A stretch of DNA of 61,663 nt, the filler included, from Choristocarpus tenellus KU-1152 (lineage: Eukaryota; Protista; Phaeophyceae): assembly GCA_964200185.2 (NCBI GenBank). It is 6 parts of 6 records of this genome, joined end to end, with 100 filler letters (N's around TTAATTAATTAA, not from the genome) between each part and the next. Parts side by side here need not be neighbours in the genome. Positions count along the whole stretch, not along the records: positions 21,647 to 38,045 come from CAXNAD020000833.1; positions 38,146 to 45,527 come from CAXNAD020006239.1; 4 more parts are not named here. One strand, given 5' to 3'. The position numbers and the translations under genes were made by a program. Below are positions 25,701 through 39,470 of the stretch, piece by piece. The notes beneath the pieces are model-generated. The model was given only the letters and a program-made list of their open reading frames with translations, searched no databases and was not told the DNA's origin. Each line of letters begins with the position of its first letter. Position 1 is the first letter of the stretch.

Positions 25701-28700
25701 TATAGTTATAGAGCACAGTGATATACCCGAGGCTCCCTGCATGGATCTAGATTCTCGTCCATGCTGTACCATCATTTTCACTGTCTCTGTTCTATACCCA
25801 CTTGTACTGTCCCCATGAACACACATAACAGTTATCCTGTCACTTTTTACTGTGGCATGATTTTCCGTCCTTCACCTGGCACGTTCCTTCCTGCCCATTT
25901 TACAACAATACCATGACCCCCTCGTCCCATCAGCACCAAAATGAAAAGGTGGCAGGGTACAAGGATGAAGGTGATAGCCGTGATGTGCTACATGAGCTGA
26001 GTGATCGCGGATCGCTCTCCAGCACTCAGAACAGTCCTTCTTCCTCTCCCTTCCCGTCCACCCCTAGCTCTCCTCGAGCAGTTTCAAGACCCCACAGCCC
26101 AAGTCTAACTCCAATCTCCCCCTGGGAAATTAACAAAGCCACAGGTGAGGTTACTAGTATATCTTATGCATCTCTCTCTATATATATATCCTTATGATGG
26201 ACTGTGCAGTGCATCCTCTTGTATAAATTTCCGTATCCATACACACAACACACACACATATATGTATATATGTGTACATAAGACCATAGCATATACTCGT
26301 GCTATGTATATCTTACACCCAATTTGAGAAATGAAACTTATCTTCCCGTCTGTATTGGTGGCATGTCTGTCTTCCTATGTTAATATATATACATATATAT
26401 ATATACATATCTTTGCGCTTGTGCGCATTTACATACGAATATGTATGTCAATATGGTCTTGGTAATCCTGTAGGTTATAGCACTCATGCAATAATGTACT
26501 AACTGCACAGACAATCTTCAAGCTAAAAAAACGTTCCCGCTCTTGTTTCAACGGATCCTTACCCCTCTCTCACTGTTGGCAACAACAAAAACTGGAAGCT
26601 GAGGCCAAGGTCAGACTCTCTTCCCCTCCTCAGCCACTATTGCCCGGAACTGCGAATCTTCCGTACAGTCAAGAATTCGAAGATGCAAAAGGAGTTGCAC
26701 GGGCCTTTGCTCCAGCTGAAGCAAAGATGACCAAACCGTTGAAGCTTTCAAAGCTCCAAAGACTCCCTGGGGGGGAAGAGAAGTGGGGCAGAGGAGGGGA
26801 AGAGGGGTTTGGAGGAGGCAAGAAGGCGGGGGATGAGAGCGAAGAGGATGATTATGGTGACGAGGGCACAGGGAAAAGAGAGAACATACACAGCGGGGAT
26901 GAAGACTTGGGAGAAAGCAAGGTGCTCATAGAGAGATGAACACTCTATGTCGTGTCTGAAATCCCGAAGTGGGCGTTGATCATGAAGACAAAGTTGTGCT
27001 TGCTCCTATTGTAGATTGAGGGGGGGAACAAGGTTATCCAAGACGCTGTTCCTTGCCAAATTCTATTCTCCCTCGGTTCTAGTTGTCTTTTGACGCATTA
27101 TACAAATATGAACTAAATGGATTGCCGTAAAATACTAAGCAGCCTTTTCGATAAAATAGGAACGTTGTTGAACACACGCATGAAAATACATACAGCTTTA
27201 TTTAGGCACACACAACCACCCCATATCCAGTAGAATACGTCTGAAATGAAATGGCTAAGGAATATTCTAGAAAAAATTCTAAGAGAGCACAATGTTGGTT
27301 TTGGCTGATGAGGTAGGTAGTGCTCAGCAGTGTGAATTCTCCGAGCTAGTGACCACTGCTCTCTACTTCGAGTACATAACGTGGTGCAGAGTGAAGACAT
27401 GCGGATGAAAAAACCATAGGGGAGAGTCTTCGTACACGCCTCCCCCCACCTCACAGTGCAATCTAATTTCCCTCTCACGTTTAAAGGGTGACCTCTGCGA
27501 TCGTGGAAAGCTGGGAAGGGGTGGAGATGTTGACAGGCATTACGCATCTGACACGTGGCAAGGTGTGAGGACGATAGGGGTCAGGGCAGAGATATGAGTT
27601 AAAGCTGGTTTGTGTCACCTGGTGACATGAGAAAGTAAACTGCTGAGAGTGTCCAATTCATAGGCAGATGCAGGGTGCTAGGGAGATTACGGGAAAGAAT
27701 GAGGGTGTGTTACTATGGGGGAGGAACCTGTACTGAGAGGAAAATACAGCATGAACTATGAATGGCAACATCAAGAACAGGGGAAAGTGCTGAGTGTAAT
27801 TATCTTCTTGAGCCTGAAAAAAATATCTGATCTAGAATTTTTTTTTGTAATGGTAGAAGGAGGAAGCTGCAAGGGGCGTTGTTCTCATCAAACATGAAAG
27901 GGAATGGTAGGTAGGGGAACAAGGAGACATGGGACGTTTGCTGATTTTGAGGAAGCTGGTCAATCCAGGAAGAAGTTAATGACTACGCTAGTAGCAGAAA
28001 GGAAGTGAGGTAGAAGGACTCAGTGGGAGTAATTTAGGTTCAGCTTGTCAAAGAACAGCAACACTCTACCTTCTCCAGGGCCGTTTCGCTGTCAATTCAT
28101 GTTAGCATAAGTTTATTGATGATCACGTTCCACTTGCTGCCTCAGGAGAGAATCAGTGTCACCAAACTTGAAGAGGGGTATGTTCGAATGTTACTGAAGC
28201 TGAACGGCTCTTGGACTTGTTCAGAACTTTAGCCAATGATGCATAAAGCGTAAGTTTGGTTGTTGGTTAAGGGTTTTTCCGCGCTTGCACAGAGAGGTAA
28301 AAGCAGGATAATTCTCCCTATACGTACAGGAATGAGAAGATGGAGAAGGAAAACATTGATGGAGAATATGTCCTTCAATTCTATGTAGTTTGTGCTAGAA
28401 TGTGCTGTAGATGGGTCCCTTGCTGAGTGACCCAGCACATGGTACATAGGGCCCCTTGTGCTGTCAACTCTATATCTCAAATCAGGATGGTGTCCAAGAA
28501 GAAATTAAATACCAATCCTTCTTTTCCTACTTGCACAATGCACCTCAGGGTTAAGATTGAATGCCCAACGTTTCATACCTACGACACAAGAGGGACCTCA
28601 AGACTCAGTGCTGTCTTGGTGGATATTTGCTCGTCACTGCCCTAGACACAACACTCTAGATTCATAATGGACAGTTTTATGCATGTCCTTTCTTCAATCC

Positions 28701-29989
28701 AGCCCTCACCCGTGTATTAGACTTTCTATAATGATATCCATATACTTGCAAAACATGGCACAAAGTTCTCCATTGAGCGATTTCCATTCATTACTCTGGC
28801 TAGTATAGCATATCAACTACTCTTGACCTCTGACCTAACATTATTTCTATTTGGTGTGCCCCAATCTCATCTCCCATCCTCTTCTCTCACCCTTCTTCAC
28901 ACTTATATAGGCCATGGTCGTGATCTGACTGTCCTTCCACACAGAGGACATGCCCTCAACCTAACACACACACACCCCTCCCGGACAATGGTTTATGGGC
29001 ATCCTTCTGACCGAGTCCGTGCTCTGAATGCCATTGGTGGGAGTGGGGGCAATGGAGGGGGGACAGGGACCCGCGGAGTGTTGCGTGCCCGCAAGCCCGA
29101 ACTGAGCTTCCATAGTGGACCATCGCCCCATCCTTCTCCTCAAGGTTCCCCGCGTCCGGGGGCTTGGGGTGGAGGCAACAGAAATCCAGCGGCTGCCATC
29201 TCCACTCAGGGATCAGACCCATTATGGCCTGCAGGTGAGGGAGAGCTATCCGCTCGAAGGGAAGGAGAAAGGGAAGGAGAATCGGACAGATATATTTCCA
29301 GCAAGGAAGTCAACAGTTGGGCGGGGGGAGGAAGTGGGGGAGGCGGAGTAGGCAGAGGACTTCCCCCCTTGAGCCCTCGGTGTAGGGAACGAGAGGTGGA
29401 TTGTGAAGAGAGGGACAGAGGGTGGGGTAAGGGTATGTTAGGATCCTTGGGGGATGGAGAAAATGAACGGTTTAACATTGGGGGGATAGGTGAGGCAACA
29501 TGTGGTGGGCAGGTTCCAGCTCACTGTGGAGAACCAGGCAGGACACGTGGCAGGGCATTGAGCAGGCAAGATCTAGAGAAAGAGGCAGGAGGACAGGGGT
29601 CTCCTCGCTGTTCGAGTAGTGATATACGTCAAGGGTGGGGAAGTCTACCTCCACCCTCTGCCCGCAGCTCCAGTAATCACAAGATCACGCGACAGTCCAG
29701 AGCTGGAGCAAGAGACGAAAGTCGAGGGATGAATAAGGTGAGGAGAGAGGAAAGAGGCGAGGAGGAGGATGCTGGGGATGAAATATTTGAAGGAGGGTCA
29801 GGAAGGGAGATGTGGGGTGAAGAGGGCAAACAGGCATTTGGTGACTGTGCCCGGGGTGAGATCCCTGATTACCGCCCTCACAACCTCCAGCATCGCTCAT
29901 TCAAATCTAATGGAGGGCGCAAGCACGGCATTCATTCCGCTTCTCCTCGCTCAAGGTCTGTGCGTTCGGGATCTGCGGGAAGCAGGAAG
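22793..29989 (+). CDS. CAMK/SNF1-AMPK-type Ser/Thr kinase, partial (N-lobe missing). Exons 22793..22993, 23549..23659, 25934..26144, ~26599..26856 or 26921, 28911..29989; possible further exon ~30524-30754
   Basis: Subdomains IX-XI: [56 protein letters not shown]. Downstream Ser/Pro- and Gly/Glu/Arg-rich exons have good splice signals but their linkage is less certain. Confidence 0.75.
23765..24040. mobile_element. MITE subfamily C copy, TSD GTT
   Basis: TIRs GAGCCAAAGTAAACGAGAGG...CCTCTCGTTTACTTCCGCTT, GTT/GTT flanks. Confidence 0.8.
24600..25170. repeat. Degenerate cluster of GGGCCGGTCC/GGACCAGCC-like motifs (probable decayed non-autonomous element subterminal repeats)
   Basis: Many short GC-rich motif variants on both strands within an intron; ends not resolved. 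Confidence 0.4.
25375..25569 (-). mobile_element. MITE subfamily B copy, TSD AGAT
   Basis: GGCTCAAAGTATCTGGGG...CCCCACATACTCTGATTC with AGAT/AGAT flanks. Confidence 0.85.
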
Positions 29990-31913
29990 GTAAGAAAGTT
30001 GTGGAACGCAGTATGCTGGGTTCTGTGGTGGTGTCAACATTAAATCTGGTGATGTCATGGTCTCACGGCCTGCAATGAGGATAGATTTTGGGCACATACT
30101 CTACTTGTCACTCACTACATACATTTCACCACATTAGGTTCAAAGATGGCTAATCTCTGCTGCTTGGTTCGTGAAAATGTTGTGTGTCGGCTTCAGGAAA
30201 GTGTGCTACATAAATTTAGTGAGATCCCATAGACTCGACTCGGCAAATCATCCCGCTCCTTGATTAAGCCTTGTGCTCTCTCCTGGTTGTGTGTTTCACG
30301 CAGTCTCTCCCTACTTAATTCTTCCTCTCCCCTCTCTCATGCCCCATTGCTCCAAAAACACTTCCCTCCTCTCTTGAACTATGTATGGTTCATTCTGATA
30401 CATCTGTCCTGATGGTGCTCCACTCACACACACCAGACTCCCTCTTCGTGGCAGGATTCAGAGGGAGGCCGGCTACCCCCATACTCAGACAATGACCAAC
30501 AACCTTTTTCGCCTTTGCAAAAGAGGACTGGAGAGATGTGTAGGGGTGGGGAAGCCAAGGAAAGTACAGGTAAGCACAATGAAGACGCAAGTGGTAACCT
30601 TACGCTTGCTTCCCCAGTCCTCCCTGGGAAGAAAGAAAGCAAGTTGAAGTCGATATCACCGTCTGCTATGTGCTGCATATCAACAGCTTGGTGTGTGGCC
30701 TCATGGCACGGCGTCCTTGTGAAGTATCAGGCGCATGCACTGGGTCTAAATTAAGGCATGGAAATAGATAAATAATGTGTTGGTTGGCTAGTTTGTACAT
30801 CATCTCCTTCGTAGAGTTACTGAATGATCAAATACTCTTGTATGCATATTTCTGATGTATATTTGCCAGACGCCTACCTTCCTAGCAGCTGCTGTCTCCA
30901 TAAATATATTATATTGCAACACAGTTCACCATCTTCGTGACCACCATCCCTTCCAACTCCAAATTATTCCGAGTAGGATCATAACTGTTCTGTTCTATGA
31001 CCCATACCCTTGCCACGCATCCCTTACTATTTGCGTGCAACCTAATGTACAGTTGCATCTTGTACTGAGGAGATGTACACAACTGCCTCCAGCATGGATT
31101 GACCAAGAAGGCAGGAACTGGTTGCAGGTTTTGCCAAATAAAAAATCACAAGAAAGCAGTTGCGTATCCTTGGTGATATCCAATCCTTCACAGTAGAGGT
31201 AGATAGAATAGACCAGTCCTCACTGGGTTGGTTACAGAAAAAATAAAAACAAAAATGTGCTGTGAGTCCTTTAAAATGCCACCAAGTTCAATGAAGATTT
31301 TCACATTCTGTAACACATGCAGTACCAACAGCAGAATATAAGGTTCCAAAATGAGACACAATCAAGCATATTCGATGTATTATGGAGTATCTACCTTCAC
31401 CCTTCCTCACCAAACAAAGCGGATTTGATGGCTCTATTTAAGAAAGAACATCCCTTGAGGCCTCAGGCCTAGGGGAGGTAGTTTAAAACGATAAATTCAC
31501 ACGATTAAAGTATAATCACTATGACTGTAATAGATCGAGCCATTCATACTAGGACAACAAAATACATCAAAAATGGTCACAAAAAAAAAAAAGTGTGTTG
31601 CCAGTTGGATAGTTCGATCACAACGCTCAATCCTAAATGGCAATCCTAAAAGATACACATAAGTAGTGCAGTGGTTGATGCCTTCCTCGACTACTGCAAC
31701 GCTGTCAGTCACAGTCAGAGTTGGCTAGAGAGTGGACTCATTGCCAGATTGATATAAAAATTCTGGCAGGAGGTTGCACTTGATGTACCACACATGTAGT
31801 GGTGGATGGCGTCACATGCAGCTTCTTTTTTCTCAGTGTCAAACAACTTTTTCAAAAGATTTTGGTTATCCAACATTTTGCCACACCACTTCCGAAATCA
31901 CATAGATATTAAA

Positions 31914-32197
31914 GATCCAAAGCATTTATTTGGTTAGGAGTTTACCCCTGTTTGTCCGTTGGGGCTTGGCTTCCCACCGGTTTTTTATGCCCTTTTTTCG
32001 GCTTTCTGTGAACACAGTTACACCTACTTCGAAACACTTTGAAGTAGGAAAATGTACACGACTATGAAAGGTGTGTCCGGAGCAAGGATATCGACACTTG
32101 CTAACAAACACAATAGCCAAAATTACATCAAAATCACAACATTGGATTTATGACCCTGCAACAAAAGGCAAATCTACCCCTTGAAATGCCTTGCGTA
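31914..32197 (-). mobile_element. MITE subfamily A2 copy, TSD AAA
   Basis: GATCCAAAGCATTT...AAATGCCTTGCGTA; internal homology to A copies. Confidence 0.8.
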
Positions 32198-34903
32198 AAA
32201 CAAAGGTGCAATCCCAATGGTCCGGGCCAGGATGAATATTGCTATTAACTTTGGCAATATTGCTCAATATTTCTTGAACTCCTTGTGTATTTCTTCAACC
32301 TACGAGCGTACATTACTACTAGTAGTAGAATTATTTGCACTATTAGTAGTGGAACACCATTTTGTTATGTTCGTCTGTTGTACACCAACAAAATTGTACT
32401 CTACCAGAAAGAAAACTTCTCTGTTTGGGCAAGACCTTGAAGTAGTTACGTGTCCAAGGCATTAGACAGGTCATACGTTTGTTCTATATTGCTTACACCT
32501 TCACTTGATAAAAGCAGGAGCCTATCTCACGCTACTTGCAACTGGAAATCCTAATGCCCTGTGACAAATAACAATAATATAGCTACCAATTGTGACACAT
32601 ACGGTGGCACCCACCACTACCATCCATGCATGGTTCCTCTAAACCTTATGTTGGGCTCTGATTTCGGATCCAGTGTCTACTCGCAAATATGTGCATTAAT
32701 TATGGGTAAACTAGATTAATATCTGTAATCATACTCGTCTGTATGAAATGTCGTACATGTCCATGCCATACATTCCTTGAGACGTTTGTCTGTATGTCAA
32801 CTCACAGTGCTTCGTTGATGTATTCTCTAGTAATGACCTGGGACCCGCACAAAGTCGGCAATGGGCTTGAGGATGCAGAGATGCAAAGAAGAGAAAAGGG
32901 AAGTCGGGAAAGCAGGTCAGAAAGAGCATGATGCAAACCAGAGTGAGGAAAATTGAAAAAAAAAGAAAAAAAGCAAGGGTCAGGCAGGAAACAGGCAACA
33001 ACCTTGTTGTCGACATCGACCTAGAACAAGGAAAACAATATTATTGGCCGTTTGAGGTCAACACCAGGTCCCTGCACGGACATCCCTTCTCTATGACCAT
33101 CTCCATAGATGAGCAACAATTGAATGTAGTCAGCTGCATAATAAAAGGCAGAGTCACGCGCATACACACAAGACCTCCACGATTTCTCCATCTTACTACA
33201 AGGTTTCCACTGGTCCTTATCTTCATGGAGCAGCGACCCTGAAACAGACACCATACCAAGACTTAAAATTCAGGGCTCGAAGGTTGATTGTGTACAAATA
33301 TCATATTTGCAGGTGACGAACACGGCTACATAGGCAATATTCTTCCTCTTCTATTTGCCAGGCACCAAGTGTTTGTACCAATGAGTGTATGTTGCTTCTG
33401 CTGCCTATGTGAACACTCTGACCGTCTTACATTGAGTTACGGTGGGTGGAAAGCATGCAGAATTCCTGAGGAACCATCGTAACAAACTGGTTGACCAAAC
33501 ATCAGAAAGAGGCCCATCTTGCCTTAATCTTAACACCGTCTATTGAAGAGTTGATATTCTCAACTATCATACAACCCTAAGACTAAGAGTGGAGAGTATG
33601 TCAGGAACCTTGTGCAGGAAGAACACACCAGAGAAAAAAAATCTTGGTTGGAGGTCATGATGACTGCAAGAAGGTCTGGAGTGTTAGTGAGGAGGCACAT
33701 CCCAGGTTGGCAGGCATGATTATGTGCATCAATGGTGATGTTTTGTATCTTTCCTTGGGCAGGTGATGGGCAGCATGATATCCATTTTGCATGTCCTATG
33801 TGCCTGCTTTATACTGTCCCCCCATCCAGCCGTAGAAGACAGGTTGTCAGCACAATGTTGAATAGTACTCGTTCTTATTAGTAATGTACTACTGTAGGAC
33901 AATCATCAAAAGCCTCAAAAGATTAGTGTCACTTGCTGCAAACAGCAATAACAGTTAGTGCAACCAAGCCCGGCAGACGCATGTGCATGTACGACCACTC
34001 CCAAAAATATATACATCCATACACAAAACAGCACACGCAGAACGAACATCAGGCTGAGCAACATTCCACCCATCAATCTCAATCACAAAAGCCTACCACG
34101 CCAGAAAAGAAAATACATAGATCAACCAGGGTGAAACAACCAAGAGCATTTTCGATTCTGAATATGTTGGGATAAAAAGAGGAGCTGATATTCTGTACTG
34201 TAGACATACACTGCTACTACTTATAGTACTGCTTCTACTACAGGATAAACTCAGGGAATACACATAATATGAAGAAAAAGGTCTGAATGGGACTTACAAC
34301 ACATAAATAAAAAGGATTAAAGATAACTAAGTGGAGGAGTGTTACCATGTAAGATAAATCACACTTCCCTCCCTATTTTTGCTTGCGACTTACACAAACT
34401 GCATCAGCCCAAGGGATGAAAATATCAATGCGAGACTGCAAGAACCTGTGTGCAAAATGCATTGCCCACCAAACCTATTAACAAAAATAGGTCCCAAAAT
34501 TTCCCCTTATTACCAGGCTCAAATATGGAATAACTAAAAACCTTCTGTACCATGATTGAAGGTCTGACTCAACTCCTCTTCAGGGGGGGTGAGTTATTGA
34601 AATCACCTACTATGTAATGGGGGTACCACTCTTGACCTCATCGTTTCAAACTTGTCTTCTACAAGACGACTTCATGCCCTAAAAAAGGCATGCCGAGAAG
34701 ATAATTTTAAAGTGTTGAGCCTGATATGGGAGAATAGGATGTCTGTTCACTCAACTACATTTCGGCTGAAAAAACACGCCGTGTTGCAGACAGTAATCAT
34801 CGAACATCCTACTCCTAGGCCGAATATTTCATTCCACAGGACAGGATCCCCTACACCTCTGGGTGACAAGGATGGATATATTATAAGATCAGCTGTAGAG
34901 TTG

Positions 34904-37604
34904 TCAGAGCACATAGAAGTCAACATTGTTGATGCTGATCCATTCTTCAGCGCCAAAGTCTCTTGCCACAATATCCACAGAGGAGACATGATTGACGCAT
35001 ACAGTGAAGTCCTCCAGTGCAAGGCTGTCCCAACTGGTTGTGTGGTAGCCAAACTTCGCGCCATTAATATACACTGTCAGGTGGCGAACATGCTCATTAC
35101 CCTTGTAGAAGGCTAGCACACGAATTGAGCAGGGGAGAGATCAAGAGAGAGGAGCAAGTGTTTGCTCAGCATATACAAGGAACCAAGGGTCCAGAATCGC
35201 TGCTCTACTCAACCTTCAAAATCCACTTCACAGGACACTTGAACAAAACCAACAGCTGGCGAAAGAAGATGCATGGATATCAAGAGTGCTGCTGCAGGCA
35301 AGGAGGGGCACAGTCATTACTCAAGCTTTGTAATGATGACAATCCAAAAGGGAACCACAGCTACAAGTTTCAAGACTCACAGAAGCGGATGGTGCTGAGA
35401 TAAACTGGTCTTGCGAAGTCATACATGAGCCTGCACCGACCCCAGCCGACAAGTGCGTTTTGGCACGACCAACGCCTGGTGTGATCATCGAACTCTCCAA
35501 TCTGGAATCAAGTGTGAAAAAAAATGTAGGGGGAATTTTGGGATTAATTCTATAATTTTATGCGGCTAGGGTTTTGATGGGCTATACACAAGGAACACGT
35601 AATTTGTATCGCTAGGCTGCCCAAAGCTGACTATATTACTGGAATGAAATAATATAGTTTCGAGCATATAGTTTGACTGTTAAAGTCGAATACTATTCGA
35701 CCGTGAGACCCCCTTCAATTTGATTACCTACCCTTATAGTATACTCCATGCATATGTTAATGCTTCAGCTGTTAGATATTGACAGGGTTTCGATGGAGGG
35801 TCATGTCCTGTGGGTCAGTTGTTTATTGGTTAGGTCAGTTTCATGTTGTGCATCGTGATACCTAGGGTTGAGAAAGGGTAGAGCGATGATGAGGAGAATA
35901 ACGAAAAATAATTCCATGGGGGAAAGGCGAGCCAAATCCACACTGGAAGAGCACACCCCAGAGATGGGTTATTTACCCTTTGTGTAACTTGGTTTGGTAT
36001 CAAGTTACACATGTTTTGGTAGAAGTATGATTATAAATATTAATTCTTGTAGTAAACCAAGGACACTATGTTCTATCTAAGAATTCTCAACAATACAATA
36101 ATCGACCAAATAAAGTAGAGTATTAACCCCTTCAAATTTTAGTTAATTCAGGTTTCTTGTTGCACCCCAAAGAGTATTCCGGACATTTCTTTATTTCCCC
36201 TCACATTATCAAATCGATAATGGTCAGAGGTTATTTCCACTATGTTCGAACAATAGTAAGAGGAAAGAGGATGCATCATATCGTCCCCGACATATTCTGG
36301 TACAATTGTTGTTATAAACTCTCTTAATTGGGCTTCTCTGTGGGGAAGACTACTTTATCCTACGGTAAATGTTTGTCTGCAGCAAGCAGGTGTTGTATCT
36401 CTATTTTTCACATGGTTCCTTGTATCATGATGGCAGGGAAGATTTATGTGTCCTCTTGTAACACTTGATAACTCATATTTCACCTTGGTTTACCTTCGAG
36501 ATAATATCTTTGCTATTTCATGTGTGTACAACCTCCACTAATCCATTAATGTATATTCTATACCTTCAGTTCGTATTGCTTTTGTGAGTACGAGTCTGAG
36601 GATTACATACTCCGGAGTGTGTTGCTTCTTTTTCTATCGCAACATCTGCTGAATGTTTGGGCATCTCGTCACCACCCATTGAGTTAATATGATTTATCAA
36701 TCAATCAATCAATGTGTGTGTCAGTTGCCTAAAAGTAGTATTAATCTCATATACTCTGGAAACTGGAATAATGCAGCATGTTTGCACAACTTGTATGTAT
36801 GATGGATAAGGTATTTGATACTTCGCATTGTCAAGCAACCAAAACTCTTCATGTACGTAAAATTATCCTCACCCTCGTGTTTGAAGGAGCGCACCCCCCA
36901 CCTCCACACCCACTATCAATCCGTGTGTCATATGCCGTGGCAGATACGGATACCATGTTATCCGTGTACCTAACCTCCTTGCCCTCCTGGACAAGGATTT
37001 CCACCTGGGAAAAGTGCATATAGGAAATTCGAGGAGTCGTCACAGTCTTAGTAGGCGCATTTAACTCCCTACAACATTGTAGTTTAAGTGAACTGCTGCA
37101 ATCACAAATGTGAGCATGTACCACTGGTTGATTTCACACAGGAGTATAATTATCCACTCTCCTTGGTGCTAAGGGCAAGGAGCGCCATCCAAGTGAGGGG
37201 TAGGGTTATTAAAGTAGATGTAAGTAACTCCAGGTGCCATGGTAACAAGTGTTGGGTCACTACTACAGCTCTGTGGTCCAGTTAATGCTCCTGAGACCAC
37301 TCCCTGACAACGTGTTGTAACGGCCTGTTAGCCACAACATTAAACTGTTGACAGCACAGTTATATACTATACAACCTCCAGAAAGTGCAGCACTTTCTCC
37401 CGCTCGCCCACTTCACCTCTGTGAGGCTGAACCACTCCTCAGGATCTTCAAGTGGTGTGGACAAGATAGTGATGTATGATGTGTAGAAATCTACCAGAAA
37501 GTCCTCAGGTCCGTAAGAAAAGTCAGAGCTCAGTCTGATCTGGTGATTTCTGCCCTCGCCAATTACCATAAACTCACGTGTACGAAGATCACCCTTGTGA
37601 AAGT
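34904..37604 (-). CDS. Protein with tandem discoidin/F5-8 type C (CBM32-like) domains, 5'-partial; complement(join(34904..35112,35381..35501,36873..37004,37417..>37604))
   Basis: In-frame spliced peptide FHKGDLRTREF...EEWFSLTE|VEILV...SATAYDTRIDSGCGGGGCAPSNTR|IGEFDDHTRRWSCQ...C.LMYDFARPVYLSTIRF|SFYKGNEHVRHL...EEWISINNVDFYVL*. The RWS, FxKG and WxSxxExxF motifs are typical of galactose-binding-like domains repeated in brown algal and phaeoviral proteins. Confidence 0.75.
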
Positions 37605-37799
37605 CTACCAAAAATGTGTGGTACAACAAACGAAGACAGAAGAATTAGAGAGTGAAAGCGGTGAGAGGGAGAGGGGATGAGCAATCGGGGTCAACACAGT
37701 TCACTACAAAAAGGAAATAATACAAGAGAGCAGAAACGATCAGTACATCGTAGTATTATTAAGTGCTAAACATAGAGCTAGGAGCACAGAAGAGGGTTG

Positions 37800-37972
37800 G
37801 GCTCAAAATATCTGGTGAGGGGTAGCAGCTGTCCATTTGGGGTTCAATTTTCCTTGTCCCAATTTTTAGGTGATTTGGTTGCATGTGTAGGATGGATAAT
37901 GTAAGTGCACCTTTCCTGGTCAGTACCCAAATGGACACTCTGGTGCAGATCCCCCCCCCCCCCCCCCCCCCC
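37800..37972 (+). mobile_element. MITE subfamily B copy (right end unresolved); a B-type right end also lies at 38146..38167
   Basis: GGCTCAAAATATCTGG start, internal homology to the 2786 copy; CCCCAGATACTTTGACCC after the gap. Confidence 0.8.
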
Positions 37973-38165
37973 CACCAACCCTCCGCCACCTTCACACACA
38001 CCACCACCTCCCCCCCCACAGAGAGGGCATCAACACCAGAAAACANNNNNNNNNNNNNNNNNNNNNNNNNNNNNNNNNNNNNNNNNNNNTTAATTAATTA
38101 ANNNNNNNNNNNNNNNNNNNNNNNNNNNNNNNNNNNNNNNNNNNNCCCCCCCCAGATACTTTGAC

Positions 38166-38556
38166 CCTTTAGGAGTGTCCGTCGCAAAAGTCACAGGATA
38201 CAACCACAATCAGTTCAAGCCTGACCAAATCAGATCGCACACTTGTTCCTTTTGAAGTTCTGTAAAAGTTACGACGCATACATCTCTGACTTGGTCTAGA
38301 AATGACGGATCCCCAGTTCCGATCTTCCCAATCACAAGTGTAATCAAAGTGTATTTTTGCTTCCTTTGGGAGTGTCCCTCCTAAAAGTCACAGGATACAA
38401 TCACAGTCAGTTTGCATCTAGCCTAATCCGACTGTACACTTGTTCCTTTGGAGGGTCTGGTTAAAATGATACGAAGCATATGTCGCTGACTTGGCCTACA
38501 AGTAGTGGGACCCCAGTTCCGAAATTCCAAATTACAAGTGTGATCAATGTGTATCG
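38166..38556 (+). pseudogene. Two ~197-bp tandem units encoding a decayed ~65-aa protein repeat
   Basis: Units 38166..38362 and 38363..38556; PLGVSxxKVTGYNHxQF...SLTW...PVPxFxITSVIxVY; interrupted by frameshifts and a stop. Confidence 0.55.
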
Positions 38557-39470
38557 AATATCATCCTCTATCCTTAAAATATGCTCAAAGGTTGAGAGAC
38601 CCACCAACAGCGAAGATTGAACCAATCAGTCGAATCTATTATTGCATCTTAAATCCTTTCTCCATTTTTATTATATCATTATTACTCATTCCTCTCCTCC
38701 AGTTGATTCAACCCAAGAATTTTAGTTTGGGTCCAAATGTTTAGAGTATGTAAGGTATCATAAATCAGTGCATCGAACAGGAAGGTTCCCAGAAATCCTT
38801 GTTGTCAAGTTTCCATTAACAGTGTTATTAGTCATTAATAACAATATACTGTGTATCATATTTACCTGGCTTTCGTTGTCTTTGTTAGGCATGGTCAAAC
38901 CATGCTTACCAATTTATCTCATTTCCCATTATGTGCTTTCCCTGCCAAGAGTGAACAACAATTCTACGTTTCTCCACCCCAATTCTGTCCCCCCTTACTT
39001 TCTTTGGTTATTGATCCGTGGACGGTTGGTTGTTTCACAAGACACGGTGCAATACATTGTGGTGTGACCCAAGGTAGATTTGCACAAGCTTTGAAACTCT
39101 TGATATAGCATCACCCGCATTCTATCATCATCTGTTGTCATCTCGAGCGGCAATCTTACGATCAATGGTGACGATGGATTGACTCCGAATATTGCTCATT
39201 CAGGGTATCTATATATTTAGATCGTACCAAAATGGAACTAACGAACCTAGCTCAACCTCAAAAAATATATACTAGTACAAATAGTAGTAAGTATACTAAT
39301 ACTAAATACATTATGATGACTGAATGGTCTATGCATACATGCACAGGAAAGGACAGGGCGACCTTGCTTCCTGGAGTCGAGCGAACAACCTCTACTACTA
39401 CTAATACAAATTCTTCGAGGGACTCACGTTCCTTGCATTGCAAACAAGACAACGATCTTCCTTGTCTTCC

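Noticed and set aside
32743-33700. Coding-like decayed stretch on the plus strand
   Set aside because: No family motif or splice structure that I can support.
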